DNA of 64,000 nt from Candidatus Hydrogenedentota bacterium (GCA_045863295.1 BTWA01000009.1:96001-160000); one strand, 5' to 3'. Shown: positions 37,784-48,463, counted from the first letter of the stretch. Numbers and translations are program-made. The notes: a model not told the origin generated them from the sequence alone.

Positions 37784-38941
37784 CTACGACAACCGGTCTT
37801 TGTAATCTTCGTAGCCGAAGTTGCGTATGACTTTTACCAGTTTGGTTTCAGAGTTGTAGATGGCGATGGAGGGCAGGCGCACGCCGTTGAAGGTGGTGTT
37901 TTTTACCATGGTGTAGTGGGCCATGTCGCCGAAGATGAGCTTGTCGCCGATGTGGAGCGGCTCTTCGAAGGACCAATCGCCGATGACGTCGCCCGCAAGG
38001 CAGGTGAGGCCGCCGAGGCGGTAGGTGTGGGGGAATTCGCCTACGTTGCCGCCGCCGGTGATGATAGGGCGGTAGGGCATCTCCAACACGTCGGGCATGT
38101 GGGCCGTGGCCGAGGTGTCGAGGATGGCAAGCTGCATATCGTTCTCAAAGATGTCGAGCACGGTGGCCACGAGGATGCCCGTGTTGAGAGCGATGGCCTC
38201 GCCGGGTTCGAGGTAGACTTGCACGCCGTACTTGTCCATGAATCCACTGACGAGCCGGCAGAGCAAATCGACATCGTAGTCGGGGCGGGTGATGTGGTGG
38301 CCGCCGCCGAAGTTGATCCACTTCATTTGCCGGATGTGGTCGCCGAATTTTTCTTCCACGGCCTTCAACGTGCGTTCCAGGGCATCGGAATTCAGTTCGC
38401 ACAGGGTGTGGAAGTGCAGGCCTTCCAGGCCGTCTAGCGATTCGCCGGCGATTTGCTCCACGCGTACGCCCAGGCGCGACTTCTTCGCGCAGGGGTCGTA
38501 GAGCGCGACCTTCACTTCCGAGTGTTCGGGGTTGATGCGTAGAGCACAGGAGACTTTTTTGCCGCTCGCTTCCACCACGGGCCTAAAGCGCTTCCACTGA
38601 TTCAGCGAATTGAAGCTGATGTGGTCCACGAAGTCGAGATATTTTGGGAAGTCCTCGTCGCTGTACGCCGGGGCGTACGCATGCGTCTCGCCGCCGAATT
38701 CCACTTTTCCGAGTTGCGCCTCATGGGGCGAACTGGCGGTAACGCCCTTCAAATATTGGCGAATCAGCGGAAAGGTGCTCCACATGGCGAAGCCCTTCAG
38801 CGCCAGCAAAATGGTGCAGCCGGTGCGGGACTGCACACCGGCCAGCACTTCGAGATTTTTTTTCAGCAGCGCTTCGTCCACGACGTAGCACGGCGACGGC
38901 ACTGAGTCCGGGTCAAATCCTACAAATCCTTGATGTGCCAT
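37784..38941 (-). CDS. nspC: Carboxynorspermidine decarboxylase
   Basis: LLALKGFA (PLP Lys), LRINPE, YDPC...SRLG, GLHFHTLCE, NFGGGHHIT, HMPDVLEMPYRP, TCLAGD, HYTMVKNTTFNG. Confidence 0.97.
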   Translation of the reverse strand: MAHQGFVGFDPDSVPSPCYVVDEALLKKNLEVLAGVQSRTGCTILLALKGFAMWSTFPLIRQYLKGVTASSPHEAQLGKVEFGGETHAYAPAYSDEDFPKYLDFVDHISFNSLNQWKRFRPVVEASGKKVSCALRINPEHSEVKVALYDPCAKKSRLGVRVEQIAGESLDGLEGLHFHTLCELNSDALERTLKAVEEKFGDHIRQMKWINFGGGHHITRPDYDVDLLCRLVSGFMDKYGVQVYLEPGEAIALNTGILVATVLDIFENDMQLAILDTSATAHMPDVLEMPYRPIITGGGNVGEFPHTYRLGGLTCLAGDVIGDWSFEEPLHIGDKLIFGDMAHYTMVKNTTFNGVRLPSIAIYNSETKLVKVIRNFGYEDYKDRLS

Positions 38942-40095
38942 GGGAGTCCGTATTTGTTGAGGTCATCCATAAAGGGATCGGGGTTAAATTCTTCCACGTT
39001 GAAGACGCCATTGCCGGTCCAAGTCTTTTCCATCACCATCTTCGCGCCAATCATGGCCGGCACGCCGGTGGTGTAGGACACGGCCTGTGCCTTCACTTCC
39101 TTGTAGCACTCGGCGTGGTCGCAGACGTTGTAGATGAAGACCTTCTTCGGCTTGCCATCCTTTACGCCTTCGATGATGCAGCCAATGCTGGTCTTGCCCG
39201 TGTAATTCTCCGCGAGGGAGGCGGGGTCCGGCAGCAGCGCCTTGAGGAATTGCAGTGGCACAATCTGTTGTCCCTGAAATTCGACCGGGTCGATGCGCGT
39301 CATGCCTACGTTTTGCAGCACGCGCAGGTGGGTGAGGTATTCCTGACCGAAGGTCATCCAGAAGCGGATGCGTTTCAGGCCCTTGATGTTCTTGACCAGC
39401 GATTCCTCTTCTTCGTGGTAGATAAGGTAGGCCTTGCGCGGACCCACGCCTGGGAAGTCGAAATCCTGCGAAATGGACATGGGATCGATTTCGATCCACT
39501 CGCCGTTTTCCCAGTACTTGCCGCGTTGCGTCACTTCGCGGATGTTAATTTCGGGATTGAAATTCGTGGCGAAGGGGTGTCCGTGATCGCCCGCGTTACA
39601 ATCTACGATGTCCACGTAATGAATCTCGTCGAACAGGTGCTTCTGCGCATAGGCGCAGAAGATGTTGGTCACACCGGGGTCGAAGCCGCAGCCCAGCACA
39701 GCCAGCACGCCCTTGTCCTTGTAGCGATCCTGGTAGGCCCACTGCCAGCTATACTCGAACTTCGCCGTGTCATGGGGCTCGTAGTTGGCCGTGTCGAGAT
39801 AGGCCGTGCCCGTCTCCAGGCACGCGTCCATGATGGGCAGGTCCTGGTAGGGCAGGGCCACGTTCACCACCAGGTCTGGCTTGTAGCTCTGAATCAGCTT
39901 CACCATCTCCGGCACGTTATCCGCGTCGACTTGGGCGATGTCAATTTTCCGGGTGAGTTGGCTCTGGATTTTCTCGCAACGCGCAAGCGTGCGGCTCGCG
40001 AGGCAGATGTCAGTGAACACGTGCGGCAACTGCGCACACTTGTGCGTCACCACGCCGCCTACGCCGCCCGCGCCAATGATGAGAACGCGTCCCAT
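38920..40095 (-). CDS. Carboxynorspermidine synthase (saccharopine dehydrogenase family)
   Basis: IGAGGVG, NVALPYQDL, YLDTANYE, GCGFDPGVT, FATNFNPEINIRE, QAVSYTTGVP; overlaps nspC. Confidence 0.95.
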   Translation of the reverse strand: MGRVLIIGAGGVGGVVTHKCAQLPHVFTDICLASRTLARCEKIQSQLTRKIDIAQVDADNVPEMVKLIQSYKPDLVVNVALPYQDLPIMDACLETGTAYLDTANYEPHDTAKFEYSWQWAYQDRYKDKGVLAVLGCGFDPGVTNIFCAYAQKHLFDEIHYVDIVDCNAGDHGHPFATNFNPEINIREVTQRGKYWENGEWIEIDPMSISQDFDFPGVGPRKAYLIYHEEEESLVKNIKGLKRIRFWMTFGQEYLTHLRVLQNVGMTRIDPVEFQGQQIVPLQFLKALLPDPASLAENYTGKTSIGCIIEGVKDGKPKKVFIYNVCDHAECYKEVKAQAVSYTTGVPAMIGAKMVMEKTWTGNGVFNVEEFNPDPFMDDLNKYGLPWHIKDL

Positions 40096-40107
40096 GGATT
40101 TCCTTCC

Positions 40108-40623
40108 TTACTGGTTCAGTTTCTGCCCGGCATAATAGCCGGTATCCACAGCCTTCATGGCCTTGACCATGTGCGTAATCTGGCCTGTGTGATACGAGAC
40201 ATGCTCAATCACATGGACCAGGATACTCAGACCTGATTCGTCGTATATTTGAACCCGCCGCTTTTGCAGGAGCGTGTCCGGATCGATGCGCTCCAGGGTC
40301 TCCCGCAGAAAGGTCTCAGTTTCGTCCAGATGAGCCAACAATTCCGATGCGGGCATTGGACCGCTGGCCGCGAACTCCGATGCCCGGTTCCGGTTGTCGT
40401 TTGCGCCGCCAAGGCCGCTGCCGATCCACTGGCGGGCGTTGCCGCAGATATGCAGCATCAAATTGCCGACGCTATTGCACTCGCCATTAACCCGATGCCA
40501 AACATCCTCCGGGCCGATCAACCCAAGACAGGTGCGCAGCCTTGGAAACGATTCCTCGAACAGGCGGCGCTTGGTTTCCTCAATCAGGGCTATGCCAAAG
40601 GCTGAATTCACGACTACCTCCAC
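40108..40623 (-). CDS. DinB/DUF1572 family protein
   Basis: NSVGNLMLHICGN, RNRASEF, HVIEHVSYHTGQI. Confidence 0.88.
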   Translation of the reverse strand: MEVVVNSAFGIALIEETKRRLFEESFPRLRTCLGLIGPEDVWHRVNGECNSVGNLMLHICGNARQWIGSGLGGANDNRNRASEFAASGPMPASELLAHLDETETFLRETLERIDPDTLLQKRRVQIYDESGLSILVHVIEHVSYHTGQITHMVKAMKAVDTGYYAGQKLNQ

Positions 40624-40687
40624 AGCCCGAACGGGCCTCCGATGATACCGGACGGCCTATGCATACTCAATGAATCTCCGCGCATCG

Positions 40688-41314
40688 TCAGAACTTGTTT
40701 TCCTTGCCCTGTGCGAGGCGCACGATGTTGGCGCGGTGTTTGACAATGACCAGAAAGGCCAATACGGCCACGACAATTCTCAACGTCCAATCGTTGGGCA
40801 AGAGGTGCGAAGGGGCAGTGGCGATTTCGTGGGGCAGTGCAAACGCGGCAATGACCAAGGCCACGGCCGCCAGAATCGAGCCGAGGCTCACTGTCCGGGA
40901 TATCTTGACCACCACGGCGAAAACGGCCACCGCAATCAGGGTAGGGAGGGGACTGATCGCCAGGAACACACCGGCGCTGGTGGCGACTCCCTTGCCGCCT
41001 TTAAACTTGAGAAACACGGATGCCAGGTGCCCCAGGATGGCCGCAACGCCACAGGCCAGCGCCGCGTAGGGCCATGGACTCAATTTTGATAGTACGAGCG
41101 CCGCCACAAGGCCCTTCATCATGTCACCGGCGAGGGCCGCAGCGCCAAGCCCCTTTCCAAGCACGCGGAGCGTATTTGTGGCGCCGATGTTCTTGCTGCC
41201 GTGTTCGCGGATATCAATGCCGCGCAGCCACCGGCCCAGCCACAGGCCTGTGGGGACGGAACCCAAGACGTACGACAGCAGCAGTGCTGCGGCCGTCCAC
41301 GCGTAGCCTGTCAT
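40688..41314 (-). CDS. plsY: Glycerol-3-phosphate acyltransferase PlsY
   Basis: YVLGSVP, DIREHGSKNIGATN, GH...FKGGKGVAT, KHRANIVRL. Confidence 0.97.
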   Translation of the reverse strand: MTGYAWTAAALLLSYVLGSVPTGLWLGRWLRGIDIREHGSKNIGATNTLRVLGKGLGAAALAGDMMKGLVAALVLSKLSPWPYAALACGVAAILGHLASVFLKFKGGKGVATSAGVFLAISPLPTLIAVAVFAVVVKISRTVSLGSILAAVALVIAAFALPHEIATAPSHLLPNDWTLRIVVAVLAFLVIVKHRANIVRLAQGKENKF

Positions 41315-42672
41315 TCCTTGCTTGATCCTTTTGCATCGCGCTGCTCTTCGCGCAGTTCAAATTTCAGCGGCACGCCTTCGAAGCCGAATCGCTCGCGAAA
41401 CCGGTTTTCCAGAAAGCGCATGTAGCTGAAGTGAAACAATTTCTTGCTGTTGACAAACAATACGATTACGGTTGGCTTAACGCCCGCTTGTGTAGCGTAC
41501 TTAACGCGTGCCTGCTTGCCTTTGTGTATCGCCGCCGCCACGTTGTCCCGGATGCTCGCAAGGAACTTGTTCATTTCCGGCGTAGATACGCGCTTCGAGG
41601 TTTCGGCGGCCACACGGTCGATAAATTCGAACGTACTGAACAAGCGTTGGCGAGTGAGGTTTGAGATTGTTACCGACGGCACGTAGGACAAAAATGGCGC
41701 CTTGAGGCCGATTTCGTCCTCGATTTCCTTGATGCGGCGTTCTTTTTCCTCAACCAGATCCCACTTGGTCCAGACAAGGACCATGCCGCGCCCCTGTTCT
41801 TCCACATATTGGATGATCTTCTTGTCTTGATCGGTTATGCCTTCGGTGGCATCCATCATGACCAGGGCGACGTCGCACCGCCGAATCGCGCGTAGCGAAC
41901 GCGCCACGGTGAAGTACTCCACGTCTTCGCTTATCTTGCCGCGTTTACGCATGCCGGCGGTATCGATGAGGACGTAATCGCTGCCTTTCCAGTGGAAGCG
42001 AATGTCGATGGCGTCGCGCGTGGTGCCGGGCGTATTATCGACAATGGTGCGTTCTTCATTCAGCACGGCGTTTACAAACGACGATTTTCCCACGTTCGGT
42101 TTGCCGACAATGGCTACGCGGATAACCGTGTCGTCCAGCGGTTCCGGCTCTTCGTCCTCTGTTTCCGGCAGGTGGGCTATTACGGCCTCCAGGAGATCGC
42201 CGATGCCGACGCCGTGTCCTGAGGAAATGCCGTAGGGTTCTCCCAGTCCAAGGCTGAAGAACTCCATTTTGTTCAATTCGAGCTTTGCATTGTCGAGTTT
42301 GTTCACCGCGAGCACGACCGGTTTGCCGAGTCTGAACAGTTCGTCGCGTACTTCCTCATCGACGCGCGTTATTTCCTGCTGGCCGTCCACCACGAAGATG
42401 ACGGCGGCAGCCTCTTGCAGCGCGGCGCGTACCTGTTCCTGCATCTTCCGGGTGATGGGATCGGTCGGGTTTTCCACCACGCCGCCGGTGTCGACGATAC
42501 GGAATCGACGCCCTTCGAATTCCGCCTCGCCGTAGGTGCGGTCGCGGGTGATGCCTTCCTCATAGTGGACAATGGCATGCTGTCGCCCGATGATGCGGTT
42601 GTATAGCGTGGATTTCCCCACGTTTGGCCTGCCACAGATGGCCACCAGCGGCAGCGTTTTTCGGGGAATCAT
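41311..42672 (-). CDS. der: Ribosome biogenesis GTPase Der (EngA)
   Basis: Two G domains (GRPNVGKST, GKPNVGKSS; DTGG, DTAG) and a C-terminal KH-like domain. Confidence 0.97.
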   Translation of the reverse strand: MIPRKTLPLVAICGRPNVGKSTLYNRIIGRQHAIVHYEEGITRDRTYGEAEFEGRRFRIVDTGGVVENPTDPITRKMQEQVRAALQEAAAVIFVVDGQQEITRVDEEVRDELFRLGKPVVLAVNKLDNAKLELNKMEFFSLGLGEPYGISSGHGVGIGDLLEAVIAHLPETEDEEPEPLDDTVIRVAIVGKPNVGKSSFVNAVLNEERTIVDNTPGTTRDAIDIRFHWKGSDYVLIDTAGMRKRGKISEDVEYFTVARSLRAIRRCDVALVMMDATEGITDQDKKIIQYVEEQGRGMVLVWTKWDLVEEKERRIKEIEDEIGLKAPFLSYVPSVTISNLTRQRLFSTFEFIDRVAAETSKRVSTPEMNKFLASIRDNVAAAIHKGKQARVKYATQAGVKPTVIVLFVNSKKLFHFSYMRFLENRFRERFGFEGVPLKFELREEQRDAKGSSKE

Positions 42673-43229
42673 AGTGCGTTGTCCTTACTTCTCACTTGGC
42701 CTATTCCATCGACGATATAGTCGAGCAGCGACAAAAGGGTCACCGCCACCATGGTATAAAGGATTCCGGTCACCCACGCGCCCGGCAATTCCAGCAAAAC
42801 CGCGACGATCGCAGTCATTTGCGCCGCCGTGGTCAGTTTGCCCAATACGTGTGGAGCTGCTTTCACCGGACCGTAGTGCTCGTTGATAAGATATGCCCCC
42901 AACACGACAACCACGTCGCGTCCGAGCACGATGACCGGCACCCATTTGGGTACTGGAGTCAAAAACGCGTCATTTACCGCCAGAAACACGAATGTCAGAT
43001 TCAGCAGCAGCTTATCCGCGAGGGGGTCGAGCGCCATGCCCAGCTTTGTGCGCTGATTCCATTTTCGGGCAACCAGCCCGTCCACACCATCACTCGCGGC
43101 TGCGGTCAGGAACACGCCCAACGCGGCATACCGCAGCCATTGCTGTTCACGCGTGTACAAAACAACCAGTGCGGCAAACACAGGAATAAGGGCGACTCGC
43201 CCCAACGTGATGTAGTTCGCGAGGGTCAC
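42669..43229 (-). CDS. pgsA: CDP-alcohol phosphatidyltransferase (PgsA-like)
   Basis: ANYITLGR, SDGVDGLVARK...TKLG..LDPLADK, GKLTTA.Q. Confidence 0.85.
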   Translation of the reverse strand: MTLANYITLGRVALIPVFAALVVLYTREQQWLRYAALGVFLTAAASDGVDGLVARKWNQRTKLGMALDPLADKLLLNLTFVFLAVNDAFLTPVPKWVPVIVLGRDVVVVLGAYLINEHYGPVKAAPHVLGKLTTAAQMTAIVAVLLELPGAWVTGILYTMVAVTLLSLLDYIVDGIGQVRSKDNAL

Positions 43230-43364
43230 GGGATTGCCTTTGACTGCATGCGGAGTCCGCTCTGGCCAACTTCACACATTGAGCGGAATGTTGGCGCGTT
43301 ACGGCCCGTTTTGCTCCTCAACCGCCAAACAATTCCCCGGCGCGCAGGCGTTCAATATACGCAA

Positions 43365-43394
43365 ACTATAGCAAATCAGGGAGTTACGGGTCAA
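43365..43394 (-). promoter_or_regulatory. Putative sigma70 promoter of the pgsA-der-plsY operon
   Basis: Minus strand TTGACC-N18-TATAGT with extended -10 TG. Confidence 0.55.
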
Positions 43395-43450
43395 TTTTGC
43401 GTTATGGTATCGACGTGCTTCGGATTGAGCGGGTATCAAACGGCTAATGC

Positions 43451-43837
43451 CTACACCCTCTCTTTGGCGTCCGGCAGGTAGAATTTGAGTTGTGCAAGCA
43501 ACTCAGCGGGAGAGAACGGTTTGACGAGGAGGGTGACGGCGCCGACGGCCTGGGTTTTGGTCCAAGCGTCCTGTGCGTGGGCAGAGGAAATGCACACTAC
43601 AGGGATACCCTGGGTTTGCGGATTGATCTTCAATTGTTCGCAGACTTCGTAACCGCTCATCATAGGCATCATGATGTCGAGCAGAATCAAATCGGGCTGT
43701 TCCATCTCGGCGAGATCCAGCGCGCTGATGCCGTCGTATGCCGACACCACCTCGTAGCCTTCGGTTTCAAGCGTGCGCTTGATGAAGGTTACGACATCGG
43801 GTTCATCGTCCACCACCATGATCTTGCGATGTACCAC
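43451..43837 (-). CDS. Single-domain response regulator
   Basis: VVDDE, PDLILLDIMMP, KPF. Confidence 0.95.
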   Translation of the reverse strand: MVHRKIMVVDDEPDVVTFIKRTLETEGYEVVSAYDGISALDLAEMEQPDLILLDIMMPMMSGYEVCEQLKINPQTQGIPVVCISSAHAQDAWTKTQAVGAVTLLVKPFSPAELLAQLKFYLPDAKERV

Positions 43838-43981
43838 GATCTACCTCCCTGCGCGGCCAGTTGTCCGCGATTCCGCTTTTCGCGACTGAAACGGCCTGCA
43901 TTCGGTGCGCTGATGTCCAGTTCCATAGCGCTGTACGATGGTCAGTACTCACGTCTAGTCATTCGAGTCCGATCCGAGTAC

Positions 43982-44437
43982 CTAACGCCGGGGTCCTCGG
44001 CCTCCCACATGTAAGTCTATGGTGTACATACGGGAGGTTTCATGGATTGGCTGTACGGGCTTCTTACGTTCAATACGGATGGCTTTCGCGTTTCGCCTGC
44101 CAAACTCTTCGCGCATCAATTGGACGCCGTGGTCAAGAAATCCCGCTTCCTCTTCAAACGCACGCACGATCGTGCCGATCACAGGTCCGGACATCGGTTC
44201 CTGAAAGTCGTCGTCCCGCATCATCTGCACGTGAATTTCCGTGCCTACGGGCAGGCAATCCAACATGCGTACGCGCATTCCGTAGGGAGACACATCGACG
44301 ATGACCCCGCGAAACAAGACTTCCGGCTCGCCACCGGCCCACAAGACACACGGACGGCACGTTTCGGTTCGAGGCGCAACACGCTTGCCACGGCGCAACG
44401 AACGCCGATCGGGGGAGAAGAACATGTCGTCAGGCAT
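43982..44437 (-). CDS. PilZ-domain (c-di-GMP-binding) protein
   Basis: RVAPR (RxxxR) and DVSPYG (DxSxxG) motifs; AGGAG RBS. Confidence 0.8.
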   Translation of the reverse strand: MPDDMFFSPDRRSLRRGKRVAPRTETCRPCVLWAGGEPEVLFRGVIVDVSPYGMRVRMLDCLPVGTEIHVQMMRDDDFQEPMSGPVIGTIVRAFEEEAGFLDHGVQLMREEFGRRNAKAIRIERKKPVQPIHETSRMYTIDLHVGGRGPRR

Positions 44438-44709
44438 AAAAAGCCAGCTCCTGCAACTACCCCTCGTCAGCCCAGTAAACCAATTCCCCATGATCTACCT
44501 GCACAGACTACCGGATGTGGCGGGTGAAGTCCAGCACCGGCCGCACCCGAAATCTTGGGGACTTATTGTGTTGGTTGTTCAGGTTCTGCAACTGGCTCGA
44601 TGGTTAGTTGTTCCTGCGCACCCCGGTGGACACGCCCCTTGCCATAACGTAAACTCTGGCGGAGTCTTGTGGCGTATGCGCGTTGACAATCCACAACAGG
44701 GAGTGCGTT

Positions 44710-47700
44710 GTGCGAATTGGATTTGTAGGACTGGTCCTGACGTTAGCGAGTGCCTCTGCGTGGCCGGCGGCCAAGGACTCGTTGTGGGCCACCCTTGACG
44801 CATTTGCCCCCCCGGCGAGCCCGGGTGCGATTCCATGGGCCAAGCCGCTCCGTGGCGGCCCCATTCGTGTATTGGCGATTGCTCCCCGGTTTACTCGCAT
44901 GGATTTCCACAATCTCGCAAACCGGCTTGACGCCGAAGTCGAGTTTGTTCCGCTCTGGAGTTCGATACAGGTGGTTCGACCGGACAGTGGCGACGATCCG
45001 GAGGAGATTTGGGACCGCGTGCGCAAAAGTTTTTCAGCGGCTCCGTCCACGCCAGAAGGGGAGGAAACGAAGGGGACGGGCCCTGCACTGAACGCACCGA
45101 TTCAAGCGATCAAGAATCTTGTGGGGTCGAAAGGCTTTGACCTGTTCATTGCCGGGAATTTTGATTTCAATCTCATGCCCGGGGATGTGCTGCAGGGCAT
45201 GTTCGATCAGGTGCGCCAAGGCAAGGGCCTGATCGTGGCTCACCATCGCCACGCCGGATGTAAGGCCTTGCAGGACTTGCTCGCCGAAGTGGCCCCCATG
45301 GAAACAACGGACGTGCTGACGCGCGGCGTCCTTTGGCAGGAAACGCCGGAGTGGGAGGGCGGAACCGGCTTTCTCGGCGCGGGGAGCCTTGGAAAAGGGA
45401 GGGTGGTCGAGTTCGATTATCCGAGTCCACCTCCGGCGACACATTGCCTTTTACCGGGCATCACCAATGGCATGGCCGCGGCGATGGAACACGAAGATAC
45501 GTATTACGCGCTGACCGTTCGCGCCGCCATTTGGGCGTCCGGCCGTGAAATGCCGGCCCATATCCGAGGGATTGACGTGCGTGAGTTGCCCAAACCCGAT
45601 GAGGAGGAAATACCGGTCGATCTGGTAGGCGGCATGTTCGCGCAGGAGTACCAGCTCCCGTTTCAGGAGTACATCGTCCGATTCGGCGAACCGATACCCA
45701 AGGGGTGCCGGGTCAAGGTGCAGTTGCGTCGTCCGGGCATGCCTGAAGCGACGTTGGCCGGCACCCCCAAGGATTCGCCGGGCGAGGGCAGCGAGTCCTT
45801 TAGTTTTTCCCTGCCGAACGGCCCGGGGCAGCATTACCTTGACGTGTGGCTGATGCGCGACGATGCGGTCGTCGACTGGTTCAGCCAGCCTTTCTTCTAC
45901 GACAGCTGGCCCAGCATCGAACGGCTGGAATTAGACAAGCCGATATTGTTGCCACACGATACGATTGGAGTGACTATCGATACCGGCGTGAATGCATTGC
46001 GCGCGATGCCGACGCGCGCGTTGATTCGCGCCACGGATTCTCTGGGCCGGGTCGTGGCTGAAGTGATGGACGTGCTTCCACCCGATGGATCGGCTCGTCG
46101 CGTGCCTATGCCGGTGGCGGACCTGATGACCGATCGAGTGCGATTAGACGTGTTTGTGATGCCTCGCACTGAAGGCCGGGTCACATTTTGGGACATGTTT
46201 CACAGTGCGCATCGCCAAGAGTTTATGCCGGTCCGCCTGACGCAGCCTCCGCGCACAGTTGATGTCATTGCGAAGGTGGACGCCTCCACGGAGTACAACC
46301 AGCGCCGGCAATTCGTGGGACTGGCGAATGCGGGTATACGCAGAGTCTACGCCGAGGGCACGGAGGAAGGACTCTTCTACCTTGCTGAGGCCGGGCTTCG
46401 GTCAATCGCGGAAGTGGCAGATTACCGTCCGATAGAAATCCTTGCGGACGGGCCCATACGCGTTCCCTGTCTGGAAGCTCCAACATTCCGGGCTGCCGAG
46501 GCCGAACGACTGACGGCCGTAGGCAAGGCGCTTTCAGGTTATGGATCGTCTGTGTACAGCTTGGGCGACGGAAACGCGCTTACGACCGGTACTGAAAACG
46601 TTTGCCAGTCACCGGCAACATTGGAACAGTTCGCGGAGTACTTGAGGCGGCAATACGGTACGGTGAGTACGTTGAACAGTGCCTGGCACACCACGTATGC
46701 CGCCTGGACCGAGGCCAAACCTGCTCCGGAAGAGGGCGCCCGGCATTTTGGCGTGTACGCACCGTGGGTGGACTTCCGGCGATTCATGGATCAATCGTTT
46801 CTTGGAGCCCATGTGTTTGCCAAGGAGCAGCTTGTCAAAAGCGATCCGAATGCGCTGGCGGGGTTTGTCGCATTCTCCGAGTCGTCGATATATCAGGGAT
46901 ATGACTGGCAAGCCATGGCATCGACGCTGGACTTTTTGGGGGTCGTTCCCGAATCGCCGGAAGTGGACTATGTACGATCGTTCCGCAAGAAGGATTCTCT
47001 AGCGGTGATAGATGTGACGGGCGAGTCGTTTCCGTTGCAGGGCGCGCGCGGCGCGTGGTTGCCGTGGTATGCCGCGGTCAACGGATTCAACGGAATTCTG
47101 TGGCCTGGCGCACTGGGCAGCGCGCTCGATGTGAGTGCTTCCACCGCCATCGCGCCGGATGGAAGCGTACTGGCCCAATCGCCGGAGTTCTTTGCCGAAG
47201 TGGCTGCGCTTAACGGCGGCATGTCCGCTCTTATCGCAGGAGCGGTGCGTTTTAATTCCGGCGTGGCGGTTTATGTCAGCCGGGAGTCAACGTTGGTGAA
47301 TACGGTGAGGGATGGCACGCCGAACGCTTATGCTTCCGATGCGGCCGTGAGGCACATACTCTCGGCAATGGGCTATGCCTTTGATTGTGTTTCGCCCGAC
47401 ATGGCGATAGACGATGGCCTACTGGCGTATCAGTGCGTGATTCTGCCTGGCACACGATCCCTGAGCCTTTCTGAATGCGCCGCGCTGACAGAGTTTGTTG
47501 ATAACGGTGGCACGATCGTGGCCGATGTATTGCCGGGGATGTACGACGAGCACGGGCAAGCGAGGTTGAGTTCGCCGTTGAGTGAGTTGTTTGGCGTTGC
47601 GGTCGCGGATGAAGAATCCGGGTTGCCTGCGGCAAAAGCCCTGGTCGATGTATCCATCGGCGGCCAACGAATGATGCAACCCATCGATACCGTGTTGCCG

Positions 47701-48456
47701 TCGCAATCGTTGAATGCCGGCACCGCGACGATTGGTGGCGTTGCCGGCGTTGTGCCGGTATGGTTGGTGCGCGAAACAGAGAGGGGCCGGGCCGTCTTGT
47801 TAAATCACGGCTTTGCCCAACCTCAACCGGAAGCCGTTGAAGCCGTATCGAAGCTAACCGGATTTGTGCTGTCCGAAAGCGGCGCATTGCCGTCCTTGCT
47901 GATTCGAATGCGCAAGGGCGAACGGTTTGATGGTCAGACCGCTCTCTTTCAATTTGGACCGGCCCGGCTTGCGGTAGTACTGGCCCATCCGAATGCCGAC
48001 GGCAAGGAACAGAAGATCACCCTGAACCTGGAGGGGTCGAAATCCGCATACGACCTGCGCACAGCGCTTCCCGTCGTGAATCCGAAGCGGATAAGCATCG
48101 ATCTCGCACCCGGTGCAGCCGCGGTATACGCGGGTCTTCCGTATGACGTGACGGGGTTTGTAATAGAGACGGCGCCGAAGGTGATCGCTGGTGAACGAAT
48201 TCCGATCGTGGTCAAGGTTACCGCGCGCAATGCCGTGCCGGAACGGCACCTGGTACACGTGGATCTGGTGCCGATATTGACAGAGACGCCGGTTCCGCTG
48301 GCGCACTACGCCCGTGACTTCATCTGCGAAAATGGGGAAGGCGAAACCTATATTCCGCTTGCGCACAACGAGAAGCCCGGATCGTACAAGGTCGTGGCGC
48401 GTGACGTCATCACCGGTCAGACCGCGGAATGTCTGTTGCAGGTGCTGCAGAATTGA
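44710..48456 (+). CDS. Large secreted GH42/beta-galactosidase-like protein with trimerisation domain, possibly inactive
   Basis: Signal peptide; F..YL..QYG....LN.AW.T.Y..W; WVDFRRF; GYDW; L..FV.NGG..VAD..PG.YDEHG; C-terminal PG.Y.V.ARDVITG. Confidence 0.7.
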   Translation: MRIGFVGLVLTLASASAWPAAKDSLWATLDAFAPPASPGAIPWAKPLRGGPIRVLAIAPRFTRMDFHNLANRLDAEVEFVPLWSSIQVVRPDSGDDPEEIWDRVRKSFSAAPSTPEGEETKGTGPALNAPIQAIKNLVGSKGFDLFIAGNFDFNLMPGDVLQGMFDQVRQGKGLIVAHHRHAGCKALQDLLAEVAPMETTDVLTRGVLWQETPEWEGGTGFLGAGSLGKGRVVEFDYPSPPPATHCLLPGITNGMAAAMEHEDTYYALTVRAAIWASGREMPAHIRGIDVRELPKPDEEEIPVDLVGGMFAQEYQLPFQEYIVRFGEPIPKGCRVKVQLRRPGMPEATLAGTPKDSPGEGSESFSFSLPNGPGQHYLDVWLMRDDAVVDWFSQPFFYDSWPSIERLELDKPILLPHDTIGVTIDTGVNALRAMPTRALIRATDSLGRVVAEVMDVLPPDGSARRVPMPVADLMTDRVRLDVFVMPRTEGRVTFWDMFHSAHRQEFMPVRLTQPPRTVDVIAKVDASTEYNQRRQFVGLANAGIRRVYAEGTEEGLFYLAEAGLRSIAEVADYRPIEILADGPIRVPCLEAPTFRAAEAERLTAVGKALSGYGSSVYSLGDGNALTTGTENVCQSPATLEQFAEYLRRQYGTVSTLNSAWHTTYAAWTEAKPAPEEGARHFGVYAPWVDFRRFMDQSFLGAHVFAKEQLVKSDPNALAGFVAFSESSIYQGYDWQAMASTLDFLGVVPESPEVDYVRSFRKKDSLAVIDVTGESFPLQGARGAWLPWYAAVNGFNGILWPGALGSALDVSASTAIAPDGSVLAQSPEFFAEVAALNGGMSALIAGAVRFNSGVAVYVSRESTLVNTVRDGTPNAYASDAAVRHILSAMGYAFDCVSPDMAIDDGLLAYQCVILPGTRSLSLSECAALTEFVDNGGTIVADVLPGMYDEHGQARLSSPLSELFGVAVADEESGLPAAKALVDVSIGGQRMMQPIDTVLPSQSLNAGTATIGGVAGVVPVWLVRETERGRAVLLNHGFAQPQPEAVEAVSKLTGFVLSESGALPSLLIRMRKGERFDGQTALFQFGPARLAVVLAHPNADGKEQKITLNLEGSKSAYDLRTALPVVNPKRISIDLAPGAAAVYAGLPYDVTGFVIETAPKVIAGERIPIVVKVTARNAVPERHLVHVDLVPILTETPVPLAHYARDFICENGEGETYIPLAHNEKPGSYKVVARDVITGQTAECLLQVLQN

Positions 48457-48463
48457 CTCAGCT

